Source of the DNA: Cylindrospermopsis raciborskii Cr2010
GTDB lineage: Bacteria > Cyanobacteriota > Cyanobacteriia > Cyanobacteriales > Nostocaceae
Direction: 5' to 3'
Length of the DNA stretch: 32,000 nt
NCBI RefSeq assembly: GCF_003367075.2
Contig: NZ_CP065936.1
Location: 60,001-92,000 of the forward strand
Part shown: piece after piece, positions 17,661 through 25,760 of the stretch
How the letters are laid out: each line of letters starts with the position of its first letter
How positions within the stretch are numbered: position 1 is the stretch's first letter
The notes under the pieces: generated by a model
What the model was told of the DNA's origin: nothing
The model's database searches: none
What the model saw: only the letters and a program-made list of their open reading frames with translations
Made by a program: the position numbers and the translations under genes

Positions 17661-19562
17661 CTAATTATTTGGGGATTGGGTAGGAACAGGTTGTGGGTTT
17701 TGAGGTGCTACAAGGACAACCGCATGGGGAACTGGACGAGGAGTATAAGCTACTAAGGATTTGCCTCGATATGAAAGAGAAGTGCTAGCACCCGAATCAA
17801 GCATCACCGCATCCCGAAATCCTAACTGATAGAGAATCTCCCCCAAAGATACAGAACCTACAGGAGTTTTTGTCACCCCAATTACTGGCATTCCTGCTAA
17901 ATTGATCCCCCAAAAGGCTCGATGACGAGCAGCATCATAGTCATATAAGTTACCAAAATCAGCAGCAGGTCGAGGTGTATTATTTCTTACTAACCATGCT
18001 GCACCCACGAAGGCATCCGTTACGCCCTTATTTTCCGGTGAAGTTGCTTGAATTCCCTCGAGGGTATTGTGGGTTTCCGGAACAAAAGGTATAAAACTAA
18101 CCGAATGGGGGTTAATTAGGACTAGGGGACGGTCTCGCAATTTCAAGTTTTCACTGGCATTACCAGGAATAAAACCACGATTGCCACTCAAAACTGGTCC
18201 AATCATCGTATTAGAGTCTAGGTATTTTAAGGAAAAGAAACCTCCATCAACCGCAGCAACTACTTGTGTATCTTTTAGCATATCTGGTAATTGATAGCGG
18301 CTGTCGGCATGAAATGTACCTGGAATACCTCCGCCAATAAGAATTAGTTCTGTGTTATTTACCTTGTATTCTCGTTTTTCAATGTCAACATTAAAGTTGA
18401 AATTTGTAGGATCTACCGGTGCTGGATATCCACCCCAAGCTAGGGGAGCGATTTCTCCAAGACGGGACTGTCCAAACCTACCTAGGGTAAATAAATCGGG
18501 GGAATCACCAACAAATTTTTCATCTACATCATCCATGGAAAAAGCCATCTGATAACCAGCAGCAATTACCCGCGCCCTAACTCTTTCATCTAATTTCCCC
18601 TCAGGATAGGTAAAATAGTTGATCGGAATACCTAAACGCTCCTGTAAAATCCGTTTTGAATCTATCACTTCCGATGAAAGTTCCTCCTCGGAAAGTTGTC
18701 GTAAATCCCGAGGATGGTTGACAGAATGGGAAGCAATGGTTACCAAGGGACTGGCTGCCATTTCCCTTAACTGTTCCCATGTTAGACTAGATCTTGCCGT
18801 CTTACCCTCCATTTTTTTAACATAGACGGAAAAAATAGCTGGGAAACTGTATTTTTTTAAAAGAGGATAAACATATTCGTAATGTCCCCCATAACCATCA
18901 TCAAAGGATAGCAATACGGGTTTGGCGGGGAGAGGTGCACCAGTTCGCAAATGGGCTAACAACCAATCTGGGCTAACGGGAGTAACCCCCTCTTTTTGTA
19001 GCTGTTGAAAGTGAGCTTCTAATTCTTCCGGTGTAACATCAAAAAACACTTGTTTTTGTGGTAAGATGTCATGATACATGAAGATAGGAACTCTAGCCAG
19101 TCGTGCTTGACGGTTCAATTCAGGGAAAGGGGTAACTGACTGTAGTTTAGGTGGAGGTGTGTTTTGCTCTTGGGTATTGGCATTCCCAGTGATAATGTGG
19201 TTGAGAGATTGAAGCCACCCAGGTGACTTTTTCTCTGGGACGGTTGCTTCTGGTTTTTGGAATGATGTTTCTAATATCCTTTCTCCAGGAACCCAGTTGG
19301 GACAGTGAGGGGTTAATAGAGCCTGTGTATTTTCAGATGGGGATGGTGGTGATTCACAATACTTTTGCAAGCTGAGGAAGCCTTGACTTAAAAGAGCTTC
19401 AGGAGATTGGGTAGTAGAAACTACAGGTGTAGGTGTGGATTTAGCCTCTTGGAATGACCTTGATCTCTGATACCAAGAAAATGAAAGGGCAGCAATTACC
19501 ACAGGTAGGGCTGTGATTAGGAAAAGCGTTGGGTGGGGGAGCTTAGGCAACCGAGAAGTCAT
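17661..19562 (-). CDS. Polysaccharide deacetylase (NodB-type) fused to phosphodiester glycosidase (NAGPA/DUF2233-like) domain
   Basis: NodB-like: VPIFMYHDILP, VLLSFDDGYGG, ASHSVNHP, YFTYPEG. NAGPA-like: VVAAVDGGFFSL, AFWGINLAGMPVIGV, AVMLDSGASTSLSYRGK. N-terminal TM anchor. Confidence 0.9.
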   Translation of the reverse strand: MTSRLPKLPHPTLFLITALPVVIAALSFSWYQRSRSFQEAKSTPTPVVSTTQSPEALLSQGFLSLQKYCESPPSPSENTQALLTPHCPNWVPGERILETSFQKPEATVPEKKSPGWLQSLNHIITGNANTQEQNTPPPKLQSVTPFPELNRQARLARVPIFMYHDILPQKQVFFDVTPEELEAHFQQLQKEGVTPVSPDWLLAHLRTGAPLPAKPVLLSFDDGYGGHYEYVYPLLKKYSFPAIFSVYVKKMEGKTARSSLTWEQLREMAASPLVTIASHSVNHPRDLRQLSEEELSSEVIDSKRILQERLGIPINYFTYPEGKLDERVRARVIAAGYQMAFSMDDVDEKFVGDSPDLFTLGRFGQSRLGEIAPLAWGGYPAPVDPTNFNFNVDIEKREYKVNNTELILIGGGIPGTFHADSRYQLPDMLKDTQVVAAVDGGFFSLKYLDSNTMIGPVLSGNRGFIPGNASENLKLRDRPLVLINPHSVSFIPFVPETHNTLEGIQATSPENKGVTDAFVGAAWLVRNNTPRPAADFGNLYDYDAARHRAFWGINLAGMPVIGVTKTPVGSVSLGEILYQLGFRDAVMLDSGASTSLSYRGKSLVAYTPRPVPHAVVLVAPQNPQPVPTQSPNN

Positions 19563-19832
19563 AGGTAATCAATTTTTGAGACTCAGATATATCATATATA
19601 TATCCCTGGCTTAGTGGCTATAGATCCGGTTACCATTGGGTTAGATAGACTCATTGCTTTTTTTGAGTACTACATGACGATTGCGAAGCACTCCCTATGG
19701 GATCTCGCGAAGTAATCGCCCTTTTCAGGTGGAGGGGAACTGTCTTTTTCCTCCTTCCCATTTTTAGACGCAAATTCTATCACAAGAAAATCGCCGAAAG
19801 GCACGGAAGCCACTTGGCTTTTCACATGGATT

Positions 19833-20138
19833 GTGAAAATCAAAGAGAATCTGGAAATACTATTTAAGTCTAATCCAGATGTGTTTGTGGCTGGGGACTT
19901 ATTTTGGTATCCAGTAGAGGGTAATAACAAAATTAAACTGGCTCCTGACACTATGGTGGTGTTTGGGAGACCCAAGGGGCACCGGGGGTCTTATCGACAG
20001 TGGGAGGAGGATAATATTCCTCCCCAGGTGGTGTTTGAAATTTTATCTCCCGGTAATACTCAAGATGAAATGGACAAAAAAAAGCTTTTCTATATCTTGC
20101 CCTATACAATAGTCTCCGCTGGGATGGATTTCTTCTAG
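19833..20138 (+). pseudogene. Remnant of a Uma2-family (DUF820) endonuclease-like gene
   Basis: WIVKIKENLEILFKSNPDVFVAGDLFWYPVEGNNKIKLAPDTMVVFGRPKGHRGSYRQWEEDNIPPQVVFEILSPGNTQDEMDKKKLFY matches the Uma2 core. The reading frame runs upstream to 19716 with no ATG and goes off-family after KKLFY. Confidence 0.8.
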
Positions 20139-20182
20139 CAAGGGTTCAATATCTTTCAGTGCTGGTTAGGGGCTAATTATCT

Positions 20183-20244
20183 GCACGTTATCGGCATAAT
20201 AGTAATACCATTAGATGCAGATAACGTGCCGATATTATGCCGAT
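20183..20244. promoter_or_regulatory. Overlapping inverted/direct repeats immediately upstream of (and into the start of) the fic gene
   Basis: GCACGTTATC (20183-20192) complements GATAACGTGC (20220-20229); ATCGGCATAAT (20190-20200) complements ATTATGCCGAT (20234-20244). Confidence 0.6.
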
Positions 20245-21328
20245 GAATTTCTCACCTAACTACACGATTACCCCGAAGATAGCAAAATTCCTGATGCGTA
20301 TTGAGACTGTGAGGGAAAGAGTTTGTTATCTACCTATAACAGCAATGGTGCTGGCTTCCCTGCGCGAGACAGCGCGGCTATACACGACTCACTACTCAAC
20401 AATGATCGAGGGAAACCGCCTCGCACCAGATGAGATTGAGAATGTTGTCAAGTATGAAGGACATTTTCCTGGTAGGCACAGAGATGAGCGAGAAGTGAAA
20501 GGTTACTACGCCGCCCTGGCAAAGCTTGAACAATGGGTAGCAGCAGGTGTGCAGGTAAGTGAAAAGATTATTCAGACCTTACATGCTGTTGTGATGTCTG
20601 ACGGAAGAACTACAGCCCAACCTTCCGCCTATAGGGATGGGCAAAATGTGATTTGGGATGCATCTAACGGTACAATTGTCTATATGCCTCCTGAAGCAAA
20701 AGACGTACCATTTTTGATGAAAGCAATGGTGAAGTGGATTCATCAGTCTCAGGAAGTTCCTTGTCCCGTAGTAGCTGGCATTGCCCACTACCAGTTTGCC
20801 ACGATTCATCCCTACTACGATGGTAATGGTAGAACAGCGCGGCTACTAACAACCTTAATTCTGCATCTAGGAGGATATGACCTAAAGGGTCTGTACTCAT
20901 TGGAGGAATACTACGCTCGAAACCTAACTGCTTATTATGAAGCCATCAGTGTGGGAGAGTCTCACAATTATTACTTAGGAAGAGTGGAAGCTGACATCAC
21001 TAAGTGGGTCGAGTATTTTGTGGAGGGTATGGCTATCGCCTTTGAAAATGTTTTGAAACGCATGGCTGAAGCTGAATTGCAAGGTTCAGTAGATCAAGAT
21101 CCCATACTTAGGCAACTAGATCCCAGACAGAGGAAGGCTTTGTCTTTGTTTCAGCAGTTTGAGGTAGTTACCAGTAAGCAGATCGGCGAGTTGTTTGGTT
21201 TTAAACCACGCACCAGCGCTCAAATTTGTAAAGACTGGGTTGAAAGTGGGTTTCTGGAAATGGTTGACCCTTCAAACAGAGGTAGAAAGTATAAACTTTC
21301 TACCCAATATAAAGATTTGCTCAATTAA
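20237..21328 (+). CDS. Fic family protein (probable class II, autoinhibited AMPylase/NMPylase) with C-terminal winged helix
   Basis: Fic core HPYYDGNGRTAR, N-terminal inhibitory-type motif STMIEGN, C-terminal RKALSLFQQFEVVTSKQIGELFGFKPRTSAQICKDWVESGFLE. The start may be the ATG at 20243. Confidence 0.95.
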   Translation: MPMNFSPNYTITPKIAKFLMRIETVRERVCYLPITAMVLASLRETARLYTTHYSTMIEGNRLAPDEIENVVKYEGHFPGRHRDEREVKGYYAALAKLEQWVAAGVQVSEKIIQTLHAVVMSDGRTTAQPSAYRDGQNVIWDASNGTIVYMPPEAKDVPFLMKAMVKWIHQSQEVPCPVVAGIAHYQFATIHPYYDGNGRTARLLTTLILHLGGYDLKGLYSLEEYYARNLTAYYEAISVGESHNYYLGRVEADITKWVEYFVEGMAIAFENVLKRMAEAELQGSVDQDPILRQLDPRQRKALSLFQQFEVVTSKQIGELFGFKPRTSAQICKDWVESGFLEMVDPSNRGRKYKLSTQYKDLLN

Positions 21329-21434
21329 ACTTGAAAAAAATCAAGAGTAAGTGGGTGGGCGGAATTAAATATAAATGGATATTCCGGGAGATTTGTCAAT
21401 ATCTGTGTAGAAATTTCGTTTCAGCCCAACCTGT

Positions 21435-21881
21435 TCAAGATCCCTTAGGCCAATTTCCTAGCCATTCCCCACCGCGAAATCGCCAACGGGGAAACAGCAA
21501 TCGCATGACTATCCATGCTGATAAATAAATCCCTAACCACACTAGTCCATAATGTTGAATAAATGTTACTAGCTGAAATTCTGCTCTAGGAATTTTTGGT
21601 AATCCTATAGTCCCTAGAATTAGACCCAGAAACACTCCCTCCACAATTCCTGCATAGAATTGAAATACACCTGGCCAATCATGATCCCATAAGTATTTCT
21701 GCAGGAAATCATATAGTAGGTCCCAAGCTAACCCAAATAATCCCACATAAAACACAACCCAAAAGTAAATGGCAGACCCATGTCCTAAAAATCCCCAAGC
21801 AAAAGGTAAAGAAACTAAATTACCCACCGTCAATAACAACAAAACCCGCGTTTGCCAACGCCCTAATAATGTTGGAGTCAT
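21435..21881 (-). CDS. Hypothetical membrane protein
   Basis: 148 aa with multiple hydrophobic segments; same strand and 55 nt downstream of the FHA-oxidoreductase gene. Confidence 0.7.
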   Translation of the reverse strand: MTPTLLGRWQTRVLLLLTVGNLVSLPFAWGFLGHGSAIYFWVVFYVGLFGLAWDLLYDFLQKYLWDHDWPGVFQFYAGIVEGVFLGLILGTIGLPKIPRAEFQLVTFIQHYGLVWLGIYLSAWIVMRLLFPRWRFRGGEWLGNWPKGS

Positions 21882-21936
21882 AACACCTAATTGCTAATTA
21901 AAGTTGATTACAGCTGATTAAAATTCCTAGTCCCAA

Positions 21937-24003
21937 TTAAGGTTGTAAATTTAAGGCCCATTTGAACCATTGCCAAACAGAATAAATACCCTGAATGTAT
22001 CTTACACCTGGTGCTTTAATTGCTGCTAGAGCTTCCACTGATCTATGGGCGGCGTATTGCAGTCCTAAAAATGTATCCACCGGTGCATAGGGACCCCCCA
22101 GAGTAATAATCCCAGCTGCATACACACGAGATTGAGAATCTCTAGGGTGACGCAATTGCCTAATTTCAAAGTTATTTTTTACATAAAATCTTCTATCCGG
22201 ATTTAAATCCAAATCATAGTGATTAATTAAATCCTTCAAAAATGGACTTTGGAGCGGGTCGGAAATTAACCCGGTACAATCAATGACAAAATTAGCCTTT
22301 ATTTCCTTGTATCCCTCATTAGTTACCAAAGAAGCAACTATTCTACCTTCCGAACCGCGCTGTATTTTATCCGCCAAACCATAATAGAGTTTATACCATC
22401 CCTGTTGTTTACCCTCCTGCACAATTTTACGCCATTGTTTGCGACTTGCAGTGGTTGTGCCACCCCAAAGATCTAATAATTCCCTACGCTTAAACGGTTC
22501 CGATGCTTCCAATAGTTTTCGCATATCCCCGCCCCAGGTGGCTTTAGGCCAATTATATGGTTGAAATTCCCAATCATTTTCTACATATCTTTGGGATCTC
22601 TCAAACTTATTCCCACTACGCGGATTACGATTCAAATGAATGACATCAATATTTTTATTTCTTTTACGAGCTTGGTATATTCTATCCAACACCTGTGATG
22701 CTACAATTCCTGAACCTCTTAAAATTAGAGTTCCACCATGTTTCTCCAAATGAGTATAAATGTGGTCGTGTTCCTCATAACCCTGGACAACTGTTCGACT
22801 ATTTCCCGTCTCTTGAGGATATTCCTGACGGTATTTTTCTAAATCTGGTAATAGTTTCAGTCCAGGATAACCAGTGCAAATGTGAACATATCTAGCTAAC
22901 AAAAACTGGTAATGCCTACGATTTTGTGGATCGCTACAGTATGCAATACAATATCTCCCATCCTCTGTTTGACGTAAACTGAGAATAGCTCCAGGTTCTA
23001 ACATTTTCTGCCAATTTATGCGTTCCGCCTCCCGATCCATAGAGTCAAATACATCTCCAGCTATAGGAGTATAAGTATCAGCATAAACAGGTTCTGCAAA
23101 CACCTGCCATAAAAATCCTATAGCAGCACCTATTTGTCCAGAAAACAAAGCCTTTTTAGCATCTCTTAATCCATATCCTGGCCATCCCCAAATATTATCA
23201 GGACAAGAATCAGAACCGGAGCGAATGCGTTTATCTTCAGAGATTTGGCAGTTTTTAAGCAGGGTTTTATATCGTTGATAGGGTTTTTCTTGATTGCTAA
23301 GGATTTTAATATTTTCTGTTTTAACCCCTGCAATTCTCAACATATCCACCCAGACAAAACTGCCCATTCCTCCCCCACAGGCGAGATATTCCGTTTCTCG
23401 CACCAGGAACCCACTACTCTCAATTTCTCTTAGGGAAATCTGTGGTCTGTGCCAAAAGCTTAAATTATAAGGGAATTCAGAACGGGAAATAGATGGGGAA
23501 GAACTTACTTGCTGTTCTAGAATGCCCGTATGAGGATTAAAAGAGATAGATGAGGCAACATTTGGTATAGGTTCCAGTCGTGATGCTGGTAATACTTGAC
23601 TTTGAGGGTCAAAATTAAAAACCGTTGCAGCATCACCCACAATAACTGTTCCCTCATCCTGACCACCACCTTCAAGAATCACCACAGTTATCGTGTAACC
23701 ACCAATGACTATGGTATCACCAGTGTTTAAAACCTGACCTTGTTTTACCAGTAATTTGCCATTAACCTTAGTACCATTACTACTTTGGTCTTCTAAATAA
23801 ACCCGATTATTATTCAATCTGATTTGAGCGTGAAATCGAGAGATTTGGCGGTTATTATCTAATAGCACTATTGGACTAACCGGTTCATTGTTCAAATTGG
23901 GAGGTAAAGCAGATAAATCTCTACCAATAGCGATCGGCAAGTTAAAAACCTGCTCTACCTGTTCTTGAGTAATTTTATTTTCAGAAACCAGTTTTATTTG
24001 CAT
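21937..24003 (-). CDS. FHA-domain protein fused to a putative FAD/NAD(P)-binding oxidoreductase
   Basis: FHA: IAIGRDLSALP...ISRFHAQIRLNNNRVYLEDQSSNGTKVNG. Oxidoreductase-like: ACGGGMGSFVWVDMLR, LILRGSGIVASQVLDRIYQARKRNKNIDVIHLNR, NFVIDCTG, RVYAAGIITLGGPYAPVDTFLGLQYAAHRS. Confidence 0.88.
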   Translation of the reverse strand: MQIKLVSENKITQEQVEQVFNLPIAIGRDLSALPPNLNNEPVSPIVLLDNNRQISRFHAQIRLNNNRVYLEDQSSNGTKVNGKLLVKQGQVLNTGDTIVIGGYTITVVILEGGGQDEGTVIVGDAATVFNFDPQSQVLPASRLEPIPNVASSISFNPHTGILEQQVSSSPSISRSEFPYNLSFWHRPQISLREIESSGFLVRETEYLACGGGMGSFVWVDMLRIAGVKTENIKILSNQEKPYQRYKTLLKNCQISEDKRIRSGSDSCPDNIWGWPGYGLRDAKKALFSGQIGAAIGFLWQVFAEPVYADTYTPIAGDVFDSMDREAERINWQKMLEPGAILSLRQTEDGRYCIAYCSDPQNRRHYQFLLARYVHICTGYPGLKLLPDLEKYRQEYPQETGNSRTVVQGYEEHDHIYTHLEKHGGTLILRGSGIVASQVLDRIYQARKRNKNIDVIHLNRNPRSGNKFERSQRYVENDWEFQPYNWPKATWGGDMRKLLEASEPFKRRELLDLWGGTTTASRKQWRKIVQEGKQQGWYKLYYGLADKIQRGSEGRIVASLVTNEGYKEIKANFVIDCTGLISDPLQSPFLKDLINHYDLDLNPDRRFYVKNNFEIRQLRHPRDSQSRVYAAGIITLGGPYAPVDTFLGLQYAAHRSVEALAAIKAPGVRYIQGIYSVWQWFKWALNLQP

Positions 24004-24214
24004 AGGTTTAATGATTTGTACTTGTTTTCCCTGATATGACCATAAACGAAAACTAGTTTACCATACCAGTATCCGCAATAAAATTGCAGCCACTCCCTAT
24101 CATCATCCAAAGTGACTTTGTTGGGGTGGGATTACTTCGCGATCGCATTTTTACTCTAATTTAGCCAACATGGTAAAATATGAGGAGAATAAAATCCAGA
24201 AAGGAAATTTAACC

Positions 24215-24736
24215 ATGTTTCAGAAATCAACCTCATTTTGGCCTGGCCTATACTTACTCAGCCTTGCTATTCCTGTTACTCTGACTATTCCCAGTACCCT
24301 AAATGTTTCTGCTTCTACTGGTATGTTAACTTCACAGAGCCAGACTAGTTCCTATACGGCTAATGCCTATATCGCAGGAAATGTTGGCGGAGCCTTAGCC
24401 AAGGAATTACAAGGTAAACCAGTGGTAGTTGACATTTATGCCAGTTGGTGCCCTAAGTGTAAAAACATTGCCCCTACCCTCTCTCAATTAAAAAAACAAT
24501 ATCAAGGAAAAGCACATTTTATTGTCCTTGATGTAACCAATAAAACCAAGGTGAGTGAATCAGAAGTTAAAGCCAAAAAATTAGGTTTGGGTGAATTCTT
24601 AGCCAAAAATAAATCACAAACAGGTAGTGTTACTATTATTTCCCCTGGCAATGGTAAGATTCTAGCTGAGTATCGCAATAACACCAATTTAAGTGATTAC
24701 ACCTCCGTATTAAACTCTGCAATTTCCCAGAGATAA
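24215..24736 (+). CDS. Thioredoxin-fold protein, exported or membrane-anchored
   Basis: VVVDIYASWCPKCKNIAPTLSQLKKQY with a CxxC active site; hydrophobic N-terminus starting MFQKSTSFWPGLYLLSLAIPVTL. The ORF track starts at 24170; the internal ATG at 24215 is more plausible. Confidence 0.88.
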   Translation: MFQKSTSFWPGLYLLSLAIPVTLTIPSTLNVSASTGMLTSQSQTSSYTANAYIAGNVGGALAKELQGKPVVVDIYASWCPKCKNIAPTLSQLKKQYQGKAHFIVLDVTNKTKVSESEVKAKKLGLGEFLAKNKSQTGSVTIISPGNGKILAEYRNNTNLSDYTSVLNSAISQR

Positions 24737-24753
24737 GGGTAAGGATTAGGGAT

Positions 24754-25644
24754 TTGACGGATAAAGCAACTAAACAATTTGAGGACATTATTATGAGCGA
24801 AATAGAAAAAGTACCAAGGGGGAAAAAGCCTATATATATCCTTAAAAAATCCCGGAAGATGCTGTTATATATAGCATTAGGACTAGTAGCTTTAATTCTT
24901 GTTATTACCCTAGGTTCAGTCATTAGTGAACCCTTAGAAAGAATAATTTCCGTTGCAGAGAACCTTTATCAAAAGTGGTTTGAAAAACAGAACACAGCCA
25001 ACCCCTTTGTTTTACTACCTCTGGCATTTATTGGTGGATTATTAGCCAGCATTTCTCCCTGTATTCTTGCCCTACTTCCGGTTAATCTAAGTTATATTGG
25101 TACCCTAAAAATAAAATCCCGTTGGGATGCTTTTAGTCAGGCCGGTTTATTTGTGCTAGGTAGTGTTACCATTTTAAGTCTATTTGGTTTGGTTTCATCC
25201 TTTGCTGGAATGGTAATCATAGAATACCGAGGTTATATCAACATAGTAGTTGGCTTAATTATGGCAGTGATGGGACTATGGTTAATAGGAGTAATTAAAA
25301 TTTACCTCCCCCAGATAGACTTAAAACTTCCTAATACAGGTCCATACAGTGTAGGTCTAACCTTTGCTCTGGTTAGTTCTCCCTGTGCTAGTCCGGTGTT
25401 ATTTGCAGTGTTAGCAGCAGCTGCTGCTACTGGTTCTCAAGTTTTAGGTACACTTACCATGGTCAGCTATGCTTTAGGATATACAATTTTGATTTTTCTA
25501 GCCAGTCTATTTACAGGGTTAGTTAAACAAAGTAGGAACTTGTTACAACACTCAGAAACTATTATTCAACTAGGCAGTGTAGCTTTAATGCTTACAGGCA
25601 TTTATTATTTGTACACAGGTACAGTATGGTTTTTTGGTGGTTAA
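24754..25644 (+). CDS. CcdA/DsbD-family transmembrane electron transporter
   Basis: FIGGLLASISPCILALLPVNLSYIG and ALVSSPCASPVLFAVLAAAAATGS (paired cysteine-proline motifs), six or more TM segments; 17 nt after the thioredoxin-fold gene. Confidence 0.88.
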   Translation: MTDKATKQFEDIIMSEIEKVPRGKKPIYILKKSRKMLLYIALGLVALILVITLGSVISEPLERIISVAENLYQKWFEKQNTANPFVLLPLAFIGGLLASISPCILALLPVNLSYIGTLKIKSRWDAFSQAGLFVLGSVTILSLFGLVSSFAGMVIIEYRGYINIVVGLIMAVMGLWLIGVIKIYLPQIDLKLPNTGPYSVGLTFALVSSPCASPVLFAVLAAAAATGSQVLGTLTMVSYALGYTILIFLASLFTGLVKQSRNLLQHSETIIQLGSVALMLTGIYYLYTGTVWFFGG

Positions 25645-25760
25645 AGTTCAGAGCAATCAATAAAGTTTTGCCAAAAACTTGGAACATTTTTTCCGTGTCT
25701 CTTCGTCTTGATTCCTTGATTAGTATCAACAAAGACCACCTATAATTCGCGGAAAAAAAA

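Noticed and set aside
17661-19562. Plus-strand ORFs 18067-18294, 18352-18552 and 18619-18825
   Set aside because: Antisense to the deacetylase/glycosidase fusion, whose motifs are unambiguous.
19670-19975. 101-aa minus-strand ORF
   Set aside because: Antisense to the Uma2 remnant; composition reflects the complementary strand only.
21331-21528. 65-aa plus-strand ORF after fic, considered as a toxin/antitoxin partner
   Set aside because: No recognisable antitoxin features, overlaps the end of the minus-strand membrane-protein gene, and the Fic protein already carries its inhibitory motif in cis.
25663-25680. AAGTTTT-gcca-AAAACTT hairpin after the CcdA gene as a definite terminator
   Set aside because: Stem is AT-rich and short. 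A T-run exists a little further on, but support is too weak to call.
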